This document shows, piece after piece, positions 25,366 to 37,670 of a stretch of 64,000 nt of DNA (the first letter of the stretch is position 1; each line of letters begins with the position of its first letter). Source of the DNA: Octopus bimaculoides (taxonomy: Eukaryota); assembly GCF_001194135.2 (NCBI RefSeq), contig NC_068983.1:72476030-72540029 (forward strand), read 5' to 3'. The translations under genes and the position numbers were made by a program. Under the pieces are notes generated by a model. It saw only the letters and a program-made list of their open reading frames with translations, was not told where the DNA came from and ran no database searches.

Positions 25366-25705
25366 ATCATCATCATCATCGTTTAACGTCCGCCTTCCAT
25401 GCTAGCATGGGTTGGACAATTTGACTGAGGACTGGTGAACCAGATGGCTACACCAGGCTCCAATCTGATTTGGCAGAGTTTCTACAGCTGGATGCCCTTC
25501 CTAACGCCAACCACTCTGAGAGTGTAGTGGGTGCTTTTACGTGCCACTGGCATGAAGGCCAGCCATGTGGTACTGGCAACGGCCATGATTAAAATGGTGT
25601 ATTTTACGTGCCACCTGCACAAGGGCCAGTCCATCGGTACTGGCAACGAACTTGCTCGAATGTCTTTTTACATGCCACTGGCACAAGTGCCAGGAAGGCG
25701 ACAAA
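25366..25705 (-). mobile_element. Stand-alone RTE 3'-UTR-like repeat
   Basis: catcatcatcatcgtttaacgtccgccttccatgctagcatggg..., with three ttacgtgccac units. Confidence 0.8.
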
Positions 25706-25869
25706 AAAAACTAACAATTTAAGTAAAACTGTTAACATCCTATTTCCCCAAAATGCTATAAATACAACTAATGAAATATTGATGATTTAAGTCTTACAAT
25801 ACAAAACTTTTTGAAACATTATCAGACTGCTGAATGCTTAATGTTTGTGTGCTCAAACAAACTGAGAAA

Positions 25870-26125
25870 AAAGATAGGGTATAAGAAGAATCTGATGCAA
25901 TAAGCAAGTGAGGAAAATGTACTGCTACAAAGATGTGATGCACGTGCCAAGTTATCCAATTAAAAGGATTATGCAAAAGAGGAAAGGCAAGGAAGATATG
26001 TAAAGTGGCGGAAGCTGATCTCAAGAGGATGAACTTCATGAAGCAGATGACAAAGGCATGCAACGAATGGTGAGATGTTATACTAGATAAAATCCATCCA
26101 GTCCAAGTACAGAAAGCCAATAGGA
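25870..26125 (+). mobile_element. Ancient RTE LINE ORF2 C-terminus relic
   Basis: One frame with stops: KGLCKRGKARKICKVAEADLKRMNFMKQMTKACNEW*DVILDK, matching the GRGRPRKTW..V..DL.......DR..W pattern. Confidence 0.5.
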
Positions 26126-26166
26126 AAATGATGATGATGATGATGATGATGGGGAGGAGGAGGGGG

Positions 26167-26435
26167 NNNNNNNNNNNNNNNNNNNNNNNNNNNNNNNNNN
26201 NNNNNNNNNNNNNNNNNNNNNNNNNNNNNNNNNNNNNNNNNNNNNNNNNNNNNNNNNNNNNNNNNNNNNNNNNNNNNNNNNNNNNNNNNNNNNNNNNNNN
26301 NNNNNNNNNNNNNNNNNNNNNNNNNNNNNNNNNNNNNNNNNNNNNNNNNNNNNNNNNNNNNNNNNNNNNNNNNNNNNNNNNNNNNNNNNNNNNNNNNNNN
26401 NNNNNNNNNNNNNNNNNNNNNNNNNNNNNNNNNNN
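26167..26435. other. Assembly gap flanked by a purine-rich GGGAAC(A/G)GGAGGA minisatellite
   Basis: Run of N. ~18-bp G/A-rich units continue at 26436-26600. Confidence 0.95.
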
Positions 26436-26697
26436 GGGGAACGGGAGGAGGGGAACAGGAGGAGGGGAGGGGAACAGGAGGAGGGGAGGGGAACGGGAGG
26501 AGGGGAGGGGAACAGGAGGAGTGAAAGGATGAGGGGAAGAGCCTGGCAAGAGGAGGAAGGGCAGAGGATGAGGGGAAGGAGACGAGGGAAAGAGGAGGAG
26601 AAAAGGAGGATGGTGGCAGTAGTGATGGTGGTGGTGGCTGTGACAACAACAACACTCCTAATGATTATGATGACAAATATTTTGGACAACATCTAAA

Positions 26698-26990
26698 AGG
26701 CCATCAGACTAATTAACAAAGACTGTCCTACCAACTCATTACAACTGCTAATCAACAGAGATACAGTCTCACACCCCATCAATGCTATCACTACTACAAG
26801 GGTCTCTCTCTGCCCCTCCTCTGAACTAGCTACTTACATACCACTTTTACTCAAGTCCAACTTAGACACCAGTCTCCCCCTTTCTCATCAACCATAATGC
26901 ATTGCTTAACTCACCATCTCCACCAATTCCATACTAACCACTTTTCCGATTGTTTCCTCTATGCTAGAACATATACTCTCTGGAATTTTC
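26698..26990 (+). mobile_element. CR1/L2-group LINE 3' end relic
   Basis: KAIRLINKDCPTNSLQLL...LCPSSELATYIPLLLK...SHQ, matching the KAIRLI...LQPL.HRR...CS.EL...IP C-terminal pattern. Confidence 0.55.
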
Positions 26991-27420
26991 TTTTTACTCA
27001 TATTTTTCATGCAGGAGTCCATTTATAGATGTTTAAACTAAACATCAAAGTATCACTCTCACCTGTCTCAGACAGTCTAGAGTTTTCTTAACTCACCATT
27101 TCTTAGCAACCTTTGTGGAAAGTTTATTCAATACATTTATTACTCTCATGTTATACAGTGTATGGATTTTTTTTTACTTGAATGTGTTATATCAATAACA
27201 GCCAAATATTTACAATAACAGAACTTCCATTTACTTCCTATCTCACATGCTTTTTTTTTTTTTTTCATAATCAGTGGTATTTAAAACCAAATTTCTTTCA
27301 CAGAAATTATTTGTTGATTAAATAACATTTATAGAATTATCTGTCACAAAATTATCCATTTTAGAACATCCAGTTAAAATCATCATCATCATTAAATGAT
27401 CAGGTAGGAAATCTCTTGTT

Positions 27421-27974
27421 CACAGGTAATCACTGAAAAAATTTCCAAAAGTCAATTGGAAACTTCTTTGGATGAGATGGAATGATTTAAACATTACTTA
27501 ACTAATTTCTGAGCAACATATCCTTGATAAGAATTATGTACTTTTAATGCATAAATACCTACAAGCCAGTGGTAAATTGGCAGGACTGTCAGGGAATCAG
27601 ACAAAATATCTAGTGGTATTTGTACCAGCTCTTTCCATTTAGAATTCAAGATCTAGCAGAGGCAAATTTATGTTTCATCCTTCTGGAATCAATGAAATTG
27701 AATATCAGTCTTGGGTGGTGATTAATGAAATTGTTAGAGTATGAGTATCTTGTCCTACATTCTAACAATTCCAATTGATAAAATTTAGTAACAGTCAGTA
27801 TACTGAGGTATAGCCTTCTCTTTCTTTAGATGTCATGCCTTTGAGATTTCATTGGGTCAAAAGTGTAAGGGTGAAGAGAGTGTCTGCATCTGCTCACAAA
27901 TATGCCTGCACTTAAAACAGGAGTGAAAGTATGAAACACGCTGCTACCAAGTCACATTCAAGAGATGTTTAATC
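27421..27974 (+). repeat. Left arm of an inverted segmental duplication
   Basis: Reverse complement of 29955-30485, roughly 85-90% identical by eye, with one indel of about 23 bp. Confidence 0.9.
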
Positions 27975-28883
27975 AATCTAAATCATAAAATTCAGAACAA
28001 ACTGGCCAGACTATCAATTAATCTGTAAAACAACACAATAATATAGTAATGTACAATACTGATGTTATAATAAGAATAACATTTAATGAATTTCTATAAC
28101 ATACAGAGAGCATTCTTTTAAATATCTTACTTGATGGTGAACAATAAATGTTAAGCATTTAAACAGTAAAAAGAAAACTGTTATAAAAAGAGACTTAAAG
28201 AAAGGTTAAGTCTATACTTTATTGCTTTTCATATATACCAAATAATTATACCCTTAATGATATTCTCTATCGTAGCAAAAATATTTTTTAAAATCAGATA
28301 GAAGACAAAAATTTGCCTTCTTTTAAATTCTACAAAAAGAAAAAGAGAAACCAATTTAAAGTACATTGCATTCTGAGGTTTCTATGACTTAACCATAAAC
28401 ATCATTGATCTCTTGATAAACGCTAAGTGACTAGAAAAACTGAAACACACATCAAGTGGATCACTGTATCATTTCTCTTAAGCTAAAAAGATCAGTCAGA
28501 AAGAACAGGAAACTATGTGGGGGGAACCTATAAAATAAAATGTATCTGGTTAAATAGATCAAGATGTGAATTACTTACAAATTACTGAGTCAAAGCTAAT
28601 CTTAAGAGAATATTATGTAGAGGAGAAATATTTAAATTCAATGAATATGATACCGCAGTGCAGCCATCTGAGTAAATGCAGAATGAAGTACATTATGGAT
28701 AATCTTACAAACAAAACCAAAATGCATTAGCAGAATTAAATAGATAGATGATTTATATTGGAATTATGAAAGTCAAAGAATGATAAATATTGAGGTATAC
28801 TATCCTAAAGAAGAACCACCAGAATTTATATGTATATTATTAATATCTTCATTAAAAAAGTAACAGTGGTTTCTTCTTTTACT

Positions 28884-28884
<1 letters not shown>

Positions 28885-28918
<34 letters not shown>

Positions 28919-29190
28919 TAATAATGTGCCCTGATGCAGTACCAACCAGTGGCTCTCATGGCTTCTGATCTTAACTAATTGTTATTATGTACATGTTTTG
29001 TCTTGGTGTAAAAGATGGACTATAATAAATATTCTGCTCCATTCCATAGATTTGCTTGTCAGTTGCTTGACCTTAATCAATTGAGCCCTTAATGGCTAAT
29101 GATATGTGCATCTCTGATCATGAGCAGAAATAGTGGAGGAGCAACATAGCTATGTGTTGAGAGAACATTTTTGGTGTTAGAATAACTCAG
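28885..29190 (-). mobile_element. (TAA)n array plus SINE-like repeat
   Basis: (TAA)n at 28885-28925 abuts gtgccctgatgcagtacca...gatcatgagcagaa. Confidence 0.5.
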
Positions 29191-29198
29191 CAAAGTAT

Positions 29199-29485
29199 CA
29201 GGACCTAGACATTGAATTACAGAGACTATGGAAAGTGTGGGTAAAATGTATCCCAGTAGTTATAAGTGTATTGGGAACTAACCCTAAAGATTTCAACAGA
29301 TGGATAAAAAAAATTGGCATAAAACCTAATTTAGTACAGCTCCTGAAAACAGTGTTATTAGGGACAGCTAGGATACTTAGGAGGCTCTTGGCATCCAAGG
29401 CTACTTGTTGTAGCCTGATGTTAGGAATTTTACTTTTCCAACAGTCTAATCTGTAGTGTGTATATGAAAATAATAATAATAATAA
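29199..29485 (+). mobile_element. 3' end of an RLE-type (R4/Dong-like) non-LTR retrotransposon, copy 1
   Basis: KYQDLDIELQRLWKVWVKCIPVVISVLGTNPKDFNRWIKKIGIKPNLVQLLKTVLLGTARILRRLL, then a short 3' UTR and (TAA)n tail. Confidence 0.8.
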
Positions 29486-29601
29486 TGGTTTCAAATTTTG
29501 CCACAAGGGCAGCCATTTTGGAGAAGGGGGTGAGTCAATTACATCTACCCCAGTGTTCAACTGGTACTTATTTTATTTGCAGTCCCAAATAATGAAAAAA
29601 T

Positions 29602-29915
29602 CAATGTGCAAGGTATAGAAAAAATAGCAAAGTACCAGGGCTTAGCCATTGAATTACAGAGACTATGGAAAGTGCAGGTAAAATGTATCCCAGTAGGTGC
29701 ACTGGGAACTATCCCTAAATATTTGAACAGATGGGTAGAGGAAATAGGCATAAAACCCAGTTTAGTACAGCTCCAGAAAACAATGTTATTAAGGACAGCT
29801 AGGATATTTAGGAGGGTTCTTGGCATCTAAGATTACTTGTTGTAGCCCAATGTTAGGATTTTTCTTTTCTCACAGTCTAATCTGTTGTGTGTATATGAAA
29901 ATAGTAATGATAATT
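29602..29915 (+). mobile_element. 3' end of an RLE-type (R4/Dong-like) element, copy 2
   Basis: IEKIAKYQGLAIELQRLWKVQVKCIPVGALGTIPKYLNRWVEEIGIKPSLVQLQKTMLLRTARIFRRVLGI*, with the same 3' UTR and a decayed TAA tail. Confidence 0.82.
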
Positions 29916-29954
29916 TTTTCATGTTATTTGCTACTGGACCACTGTGAATCTCAT

Positions 29955-30485
29955 GATTAGCCATCTTTTGAAAGTGACTTGGTAGCAGCATGTTTCATAC
30001 TTTCACTCCTGTTTTAAGTGCATGTATATTTGTGAGCAGACGCAACTTTTGACCCAATGAAATTTCAAAGGCACAACATCTAAAAGAGAAGGCTATACCT
30101 CAGTATATTGACTGCTACTAAATTTTATCAATTGGAATTGTTAGAATGTAGGACAAGATACTCATACTCTAACAATGTCATTAATCACTACCCAAGACTG
30201 GTACTCAATTTTATTGACTCCAGAAGGATGAAACATAAATTTGCCTCTTTTAGATCTTGAATTCTAAATGGAAAGAGCTGGTACAAATACCACTAGATAT
30301 TCTGTCTGATTCCCTGACAGTTTTGCCAATCTACCACTGGCTTGTAGGTATTTATGCATTAAAAGTGCATAAATCTTACCAAGAACATGTTGCTCAGAAA
30401 TTAGTTAAGTAATGTTTATGTCATTCCATCTCATCCAAAGGAGTTTCCAATTGACTTTTAGAAATTTTTTCAGTGATTACCTGTG
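29955..30485 (-). repeat. Right arm of the inverted segmental duplication
   Basis: Reverse complement of 27421-27974. Confidence 0.9.
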
Positions 30486-32439
30486 AGAAAGTCTTGTCTT
30501 TGATTTGAGCTTCTCCTCCCTGTCTGTGTCTGACATTAATTATTCTACTCCAGACTCTATCCTCAGAGCTGCAACCAGTTCTGAAAAAAGTAGTTTCTTG
30601 GACCTACTGTTGTTGTTGCTATCTCTGCTGTTGTTTACAGCTTCCTTCCTTTCTTTTCTATTCAGTTTCTCCAGGTAGAAAGCCATTGACTGGCTTTTAA
30701 TGTCATACGTTTATCAACAAGGATTTTGTTTCAGTATCTGCAATCTCATTGCTTTACTTTCTATAACCACAATGAGGTACAACTTTTAAGGTATGTGTTC
30801 TTTGAGGATCATCATAAATCTTCTCAATGAAAGTTGACCTAGGGCTAAACAACAACAACAACAAACTGACATTGCTCAATACATTTCCAATGCTAGTCAA
30901 AAACTAAAGAAATGTGTTCTTATTTTTATATCAGATTATTAAAATAAATTATAATGATTTCTCGCATTAGTACAGCTAAATCAACTACATACCAAATTCT
31001 TTTACTTTTTTTTATCAATGCTGGAAGGTTTGAAGTCACAATAAAGAAGAACAAAATGAAATATTCAAAGATATCTAATGTGGTGCTCTTCTGTTTCTGA
31101 CATTCTATTGCCTTAAATAATGAGAATCAAGTATAAACACACATGTACATATATGTATGATTTTTGCATTATGATATTTATTTTTAGCGTTTTATGTTTT
31201 CTTATCTCTTTTTTTTTTTGTTACTGGAAGCTTGTATTTTACTTCACCAAGGTCTATCCCGTCAATATGTGTCCAATTATAGAATGGCATATACAGAAAT
31301 AATGTATGTGTATACATGCATGCACACATGCATGCATTGCATTTAGATTATTTTCTAATTTTGCTTGCTATTGATTATTCAAAAGGATGTAATATTTGAT
31401 AGAATGTCATCAATGGGGAAAAAGTTTAATGTATTATTCATGTACTGTTTCTGTGTTCAGAAGGTGCTAAATATTAGAATATTAATAATCTACAGTTGTT
31501 CATATTTTGGTGCTGTCTCAAAAGTCCGAATACAATAGTATGCTTTGTGTACTTTTTTACTGTCATGCTAAGATAGCTTGGAAGTAGAAGGTTGTCAATG
31601 AACAAACAGAGTGAGTGAATGACAGGAGGAAAAAAATGAATTTGAGTTAAAAGATTAACTGTTTCTTTGTCACACTTTACCAGAGATACAAACATAAAAC
31701 TGAATAAGTGAACTGAAATGAAAGTAAGATTTGTAAAAAAAAAAAGAGTGCTTGGTATTTTCAATGACAGAAAATACATCTGTAGAGTAATTCATATATA
31801 GTGACAAACATGACCACACATGCGCATGCGCACACACACACACACACACACACACACTTCCTTCTGAAAAACATTCCTTTACAAAACTATTGTCATTTTG
31901 AATAACATGGATAAACTAATATATGATACTTGGGCATGGTAAAAAAAACTTTTCTTATTAATACCTATTATCTTATTTTTAATAACTATTCGTAACCCAA
32001 GTCATAGTATCCAAATCATTGTTACTGCTATTATTCTCCATATCCAATTCAATCCTTATTAAATAGCTCTATAATTAAAGACAATGCAAATGTGATGATG
32101 CCATCTTTTTTGAAAGCATATGCCTAAAACTATTTTTTAATCTGTTCTTGTTTTCTCTAGGACTGTGAGGTGTGACCTGCAAGAGGTTTGGCTGCCATTT
32201 CTAGCAAGTCAAACAACCAAGTAGATAAATATTCTTTCATTGGTGTGTATTGTTGTCATACTTCCACTATTTCTGTTATCAAAATCAACAATACACTTTT
32301 CACAAATTTTGTAAAATTCCATAAAATGTTGAGAACATCTACAATCATTTTGTTTTACTAGTTAAATAATTTTCTTAGATTCATGTGAAACACCTTATTG
32401 CAAATATTCCTTGATCTACCCCTGCTTTGAATATCCTTA

Positions 32440-32780
32440 AGTATCAGCTCATAATAAATACTTCAGCCATGTTCTTTTCATCTGCTTTTATCTCATGCAT
32501 ATATTATCTATCTTCTTCCTTAAAAGCAACATTCCATGCTTGTATTTTCCCTCAGCTTCCTCAACATCCAGTTTTACATTTACAATTTCCGTAGATAGCA
32601 TTTATCTGCTTCCACTTCAAAATTTTGATGGATCTTTTACCTTTTGATTATTCATTTTTAGCACACCTTATTCTATATTCTCATAGCATCTATTTAAATC
32701 TTCAAATATCTCCGCAATGTGAACTATATCTGTATAAACAAGATTGAAGAAGTATTCATAGTGATATTCATGTGTTAACA
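32440..32780 (-). mobile_element. Ancient LINE RT relic
   Basis: Single minus frame with stops: YTDIVHIAEIFEDLNRCYENIE*GVLKMNNQKVK, resembling YADD.VLIAE..E.L.......GL.MN..KTK. Confidence 0.45.
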
Positions 32781-35139
32781 TCACAGTAAGCACCTTTAAG
32801 AACTAGTAACGAAAGGAGAACACAAAATAAATGTAATTCTATGCAACTATCTTAAGAATAAATTCACTCCCTGACTTCTAACACTTTTATTCATGGAATT
32901 TACTCATGGAATTTAGCATAATCTACTTTAAATTTCCTTTATTCTACACCAACCTACAGTTCAATCGATTCTACTAAAAGCCTTTTCTTGGCTAGAAGGG
33001 ATGAGTTATATTCAATCCTTCTGCATTAAATATTTCTTCAGAAGTTGTTTCAATAGAATATTCAACAGAATAACATATATTGTAAATTGCTCAGATTATG
33101 TACACTATTTACATTAATTTTAAAGTAAATTTATTTCCTTACACATTAGCTCTTTTCCATAGCTTTATCATTTATAAAAGTTATAATAGTATTGATGTGC
33201 CAGTAATCAGCTAGAGCACTTCAACATATTATCTTACTCATTAGATACATGAAGAATTTTAATCTCATCCACCCAAAAAATGTCTATGCACTTTAATACC
33301 CAACTTGCCTGTAGCTTTCCTAATTTCATTTCTTCTTAACCTGTGAGGCCAGGTTTTCTGTTGTCTATACAGAGAATAAGAACTCTTCATCCTGCCCCTT
33401 AATTTTATCCTCTTTCTGCATGTACTTCTCTTTCAAGCGAACATGATTTATTCACCCAAAATATTTTACAATTATAATTAATCTTTTTCTGACCATGCTT
33501 CTAAAAGAACAAATTAACTATGTTTTACAATTAATCTTGAAATATAATCAAGAACCCAGATGAAATTAGTTATATAACTTACTTTTCCATTAAGCTCCTA
33601 TTTAGAATATAACAAGCAAAGTCTTTAAAATTATGATGATAGGTTTTAATTTAAAAAGAACATTCTAAAACTGGTAGTTTTATACCACAGAACCAAGAGC
33701 AGTATCATGCAAATTGGTTTCAAAAGGGTTAGAGTATTCTCATTAATATTCAAACATTTTCAATTATTTTTTAAAATATACTTTGTTGGATTAATTTCTA
33801 ATACCTAAGGAGATGTTCAAGTCCTTGGCTATTAGAAATTAATAATATAAACAAACATAATCTATGTTATTAGTTTATATGGACAAGTCACTATGTAAAA
33901 AGCAACTGTCTCTTAAGCATGTGTAAAATATTTGTATAGTTTCTTAAAGTACACTTCTGTTATTTTTTTTTTAACAAAATAACAAACTTGATTGAATTTT
34001 AGCAAATTTGGACAGTTCAATTTTTATAAATTCAGGCAGTTTCTTTCTTTTCTTTTTCTCTTTTAATTACCTATTAACTGAAACTAATCAAGTAAAAATT
34101 CCACTGAGGAAATAGAACTATTAATTAATTCTGTCACGAAATAATGGATGTTTTAAAAGAATCCTTGCAGTTTTTCCCACTTAGAGCTCACAAAATAAAA
34201 TTGCTCCTTTAAAGATAACAAACTGAGCTACCTCTTTCTCTCTATTTTTTACAAATATATGTACAAAAATGAACCAATGAAAAAAACATAAAAATCTAAA
34301 GAACAATGCTATTAAATATCATTTCATAATAAGAGTGCATTAATTTAGGCATTTGTAATATGGACCTAAATTAAACTTGACTCCACAATACTAAAAAGTT
34401 TCAGAAGAGCAATCTCTGTGAATAGCACAATATCGAACAAAGTTTCAACTATTGACAATTTCTGAATGCAAAATTTATATAGTATTATATGTTCATATAG
34501 AATTTCAAAAAATTTTCTGGAACAAAATAAAATATTTTTAACATGATATGCTGTCATATCAATTATGACAATATAAAGAAAATAGTTTAAAATTTAGTAG
34601 TATAATTAAAAAAATAGAAAATTACAATTATTAAAAAAATTTTAATGAATATAACAGCAGTTTTTCAGAGCTTAATACAAAGATGCTTTTCTATTTTTTA
34701 AACATGATGGTTGCTAGTCTTTTAAATGAAATGTCTTATAATGAAAATATTTACAGTAGTAAACTGTGAAAGATAAAAAATATTTAAAAAATTAAAAGTG
34801 CAAAATTAAATGCATATTAATCTATTCCTAACAGTCTACTTACAAACAAAAATACTAATTCTGAGTAATTTTTTTTTCAATGGCATTCAGACAACTTAGT
34901 TAAAAAGGCAGCAGACTACATAACCAAAATTTAAATGCATCAGAAGCGCATTGCTAAATCCAACTTCATTTATCTTTAATAGAACATACTCCACTTTCCC
35001 AAATAATCATTTCTAAAAATATTATTTTGTTATTGATTTTAATTACAAGGTTTTAGAGCTCATATCAGGGAACTTTTTTAATACACTTAACCAAATGAAG
35101 TAATAATTTTCATTAAAGAACACAACCATTTATATACAG

Positions 35140-35527
35140 GCACAAGCATGGGTGTGTGATAAGAAGCTTCCTAACGAACGACATGGTTCTAGGTTCAGTT
35201 CCACTGTGTGGCACCTCTGGCAAATGTCTACTATAGCCTCAGGCTGACCAAAGCCTTGTGAGTGGAATTGGTAGACAGAAACTAAAAGAAGCCCGTCATA
35301 TATACGTGTGTGTGTGTGCATACGTGCGTGCATGCATTTGTCACCCACCACCATTTGACAATCAGTGCTGGCATGTTTACATCTCTGTAACTTAGCAGTT
35401 CAATAAAAGTGAATGATAGAATAAGTACTGGGCTTAGAAGAAAAGAAAAAATAAGTACTGACGTCAATTCATTTGACTAAAAATTCTTCAAGGCAATGCT
35501 CCAGCATGGCCACAGTTTAACGACTGA
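35140..35527 (+). mobile_element. Full-length decayed tRNA-derived SINE with a short internal microsatellite
   Basis: Head ggcacaagcatgggtgtgtgataagaag..., B-box-like aggttcagttcc, internal (TG)n at about 35300-35335, 3' end gaaacatgtaaaagataaaaga. Confidence 0.75.
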
Positions 35528-36518
35528 AACATGTAAAAGATAAAAGATGTTTCAAATAGTCATGAGAGAGTAAACTCAAATATTGAGGATGAAATTTATT
35601 CCTCTTCTTCAAACTGAAACCACTAATATCTGTAAATAAATCCACGTTTCAAGTTTATCAAAGTCTATGTAAATTACTAAGAATCACACTATTATTATCA
35701 TCATAGTGTTTAGTGTTACCAGATATTGTATCAACTCATAACACAGAACAAAGCTTAAATAGTGATAGGGTGAATTTTGCTGGCTTTGAATAGTTATACA
35801 AACTGAACATCTTTACAACCTAAAATTTGATTGGCAGATCAAATTATCAGAAGATCAACTACATATTCTTTATACAATAACTTATATGGAATAGTTTTAA
35901 GCTGTTAGTGTTTTTAATCACTGCTTTGATTGACTGATGGAGTGGGGATGGGCAGATGGAGAGAATAGATCATTAGGTGTACAGACAGATTAATAGAGAG
36001 ATAGATAGGTAGATACATGTTATTGGGGACAAAGAAGATGAAGAAATTACTTAATACTAGAAGGAGAATGGAATACAATTTTTGTATATTTGTAAAATTT
36101 CAGCTTCCACTCAATTACATAGACATGTGTGTGTAACAGAATTAATTTTGATTAAATAATTTCAGAACCAATTCTCTAAATTTGTGTTTTCTAAGTATAC
36201 TCTGTGATCTTTGCAACTATGGAGACTAGTACAAGGAAACCTCAACTATAATACACGAGTTTCACTTCACAACTTCAGCTTTCAATGTTTCAGGAAGCAC
36301 TCAGAGTTCTAATATAATTTCAATTGATAAAAATTATTGTTATTCACTCTATGAGGATTATAACATACCTATCTGCCATACATACCATGATTTGTTGAAG
36401 TGTTCCTATAATAATTGATCAATGTATAACCAATCATTCGTTGGTTAATCTCATTTTGCTAGCCAAGTTTCTGCATACAGTGCTGCTGAGGCGATCACCT
36501 GGATTTTACTTATCCCTT

Positions 36519-36586
36519 CAACAACAACAACAACTACCACCACCACCATCATCATCATCATCATTATTATTATTGCCATTATTATT
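36519..36586. repeat. Compound trinucleotide tract CAA-CAC-CAT-TAT
   Basis: caacaacaacaacaactaccaccaccaccatcatcatcatcatcattattattattg. Confidence 0.9.
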
Positions 36587-36589
36587 ACG

Positions 36590-36880
36590 TAGGGCAAATG
36601 GCCTAGTGGTCAGGATGTTGCACTCACAATCACAAGATTGTGGTTTCACTTCTTAGACCAGATGCTGTGTTGCATCCCTAAGCAAAATACGTCATCTCAC
36701 ATTGTTTTGTAATCACTTCCACACCTGCTGTGTCTGTTCAGACAATGTTGATTTGATGGAGGGAGTGAGCTAATGTGCAGCACATACATTTGAGCCATGT
36801 AAACAAATCATTTGTGTAGGTTATTCCAGCAAAAGAGCTGAACACTCATACATCATCTTCAATGGGAGAGTCCATCATTA
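36590..36880 (+). mobile_element. Decayed tRNA-derived SINE of a different family
   Basis: A-box-like tggcctagtggtcagg, tRNA-like spacing to ggtttcactt, then a SINE-like body. Confidence 0.5.
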
Positions 36881-36981
36881 TTACCTACAAGATCAATTTT
36901 CTGGAGTTAATTTCATTTATACTAATGATATGCTGCATGATTGTGTGAAATTTTATTGCAGATAATTTCTTCTTATTTCAG

Positions 36982-37111
36982 AAAAAATCCTCAGCCTCAA
37001 AGAATGGTCAAGAGTTGAAAGAGGCGGAAGGAATTCAGAGTAGTGTTAATTCTGTAGACAGCAAAAAGGCTTCTCTCTCCAGGCAAAAAAACAAACTGTG
37101 TGAAGGATGAA
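36982..37111 (+). CDS. Candidate exon with strong splice signals, Lys/Ser-rich
   Basis: ttcttcttatttcag|AAAAAATCC...GGATGAA|gtaaga. Frame 0 reads KKSSASKNGQELKEAEGIQSSVNSVDSKKASLSRQKNKLCEG*, with the stop in the last full codon. Confidence 0.3.
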
Positions 37112-37511
37112 GTAAGATGCAGCAGGGTGTTGAAAATTATATACTTAATGTAGATCTGAAGAGGTAAGATAAAAATGAGGTGCATATCATTTGATGACAG
37201 GAATAGCAAGGTACAACAAGTAAGCTGAGAAAGTGATTTGGCATGAACAGAATCAGCTTATGTGTGAAGAAAAGACAGATCTATTAGTATTGACATATAA
37301 TGCAACTGGTCAACACCTACTGGGTGAAAAGGTGATGGATGCTAATAATGGCATCAAGAGCAGAGCCAGGCAGGTGAAATGGTGTAATTATAGCTGAGTC
37401 TCACAATTACATGACAAATAATCAAGAGGTGTGATATGCCATAGTCTATGCCACCATGGGAAAAACAATCAGCAAAATAAAGATGATGATGAAATTCTAT
37501 CTACTTTATTT

Positions 37512-37670
<159 letters not shown>

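Noticed and set aside
25794-26692. Long ORFs of 134-251 aa, and similar ones at 46850-47509 and 62677-63412
   Set aside because: They are open only because they cross N gaps and low-complexity sequence.
28580-28668. Minus-strand acceptor/donor pair (tttactcag ... gtaagt)
   Set aside because: All three frames contain stops, and such signals are common by chance in AT-rich DNA.
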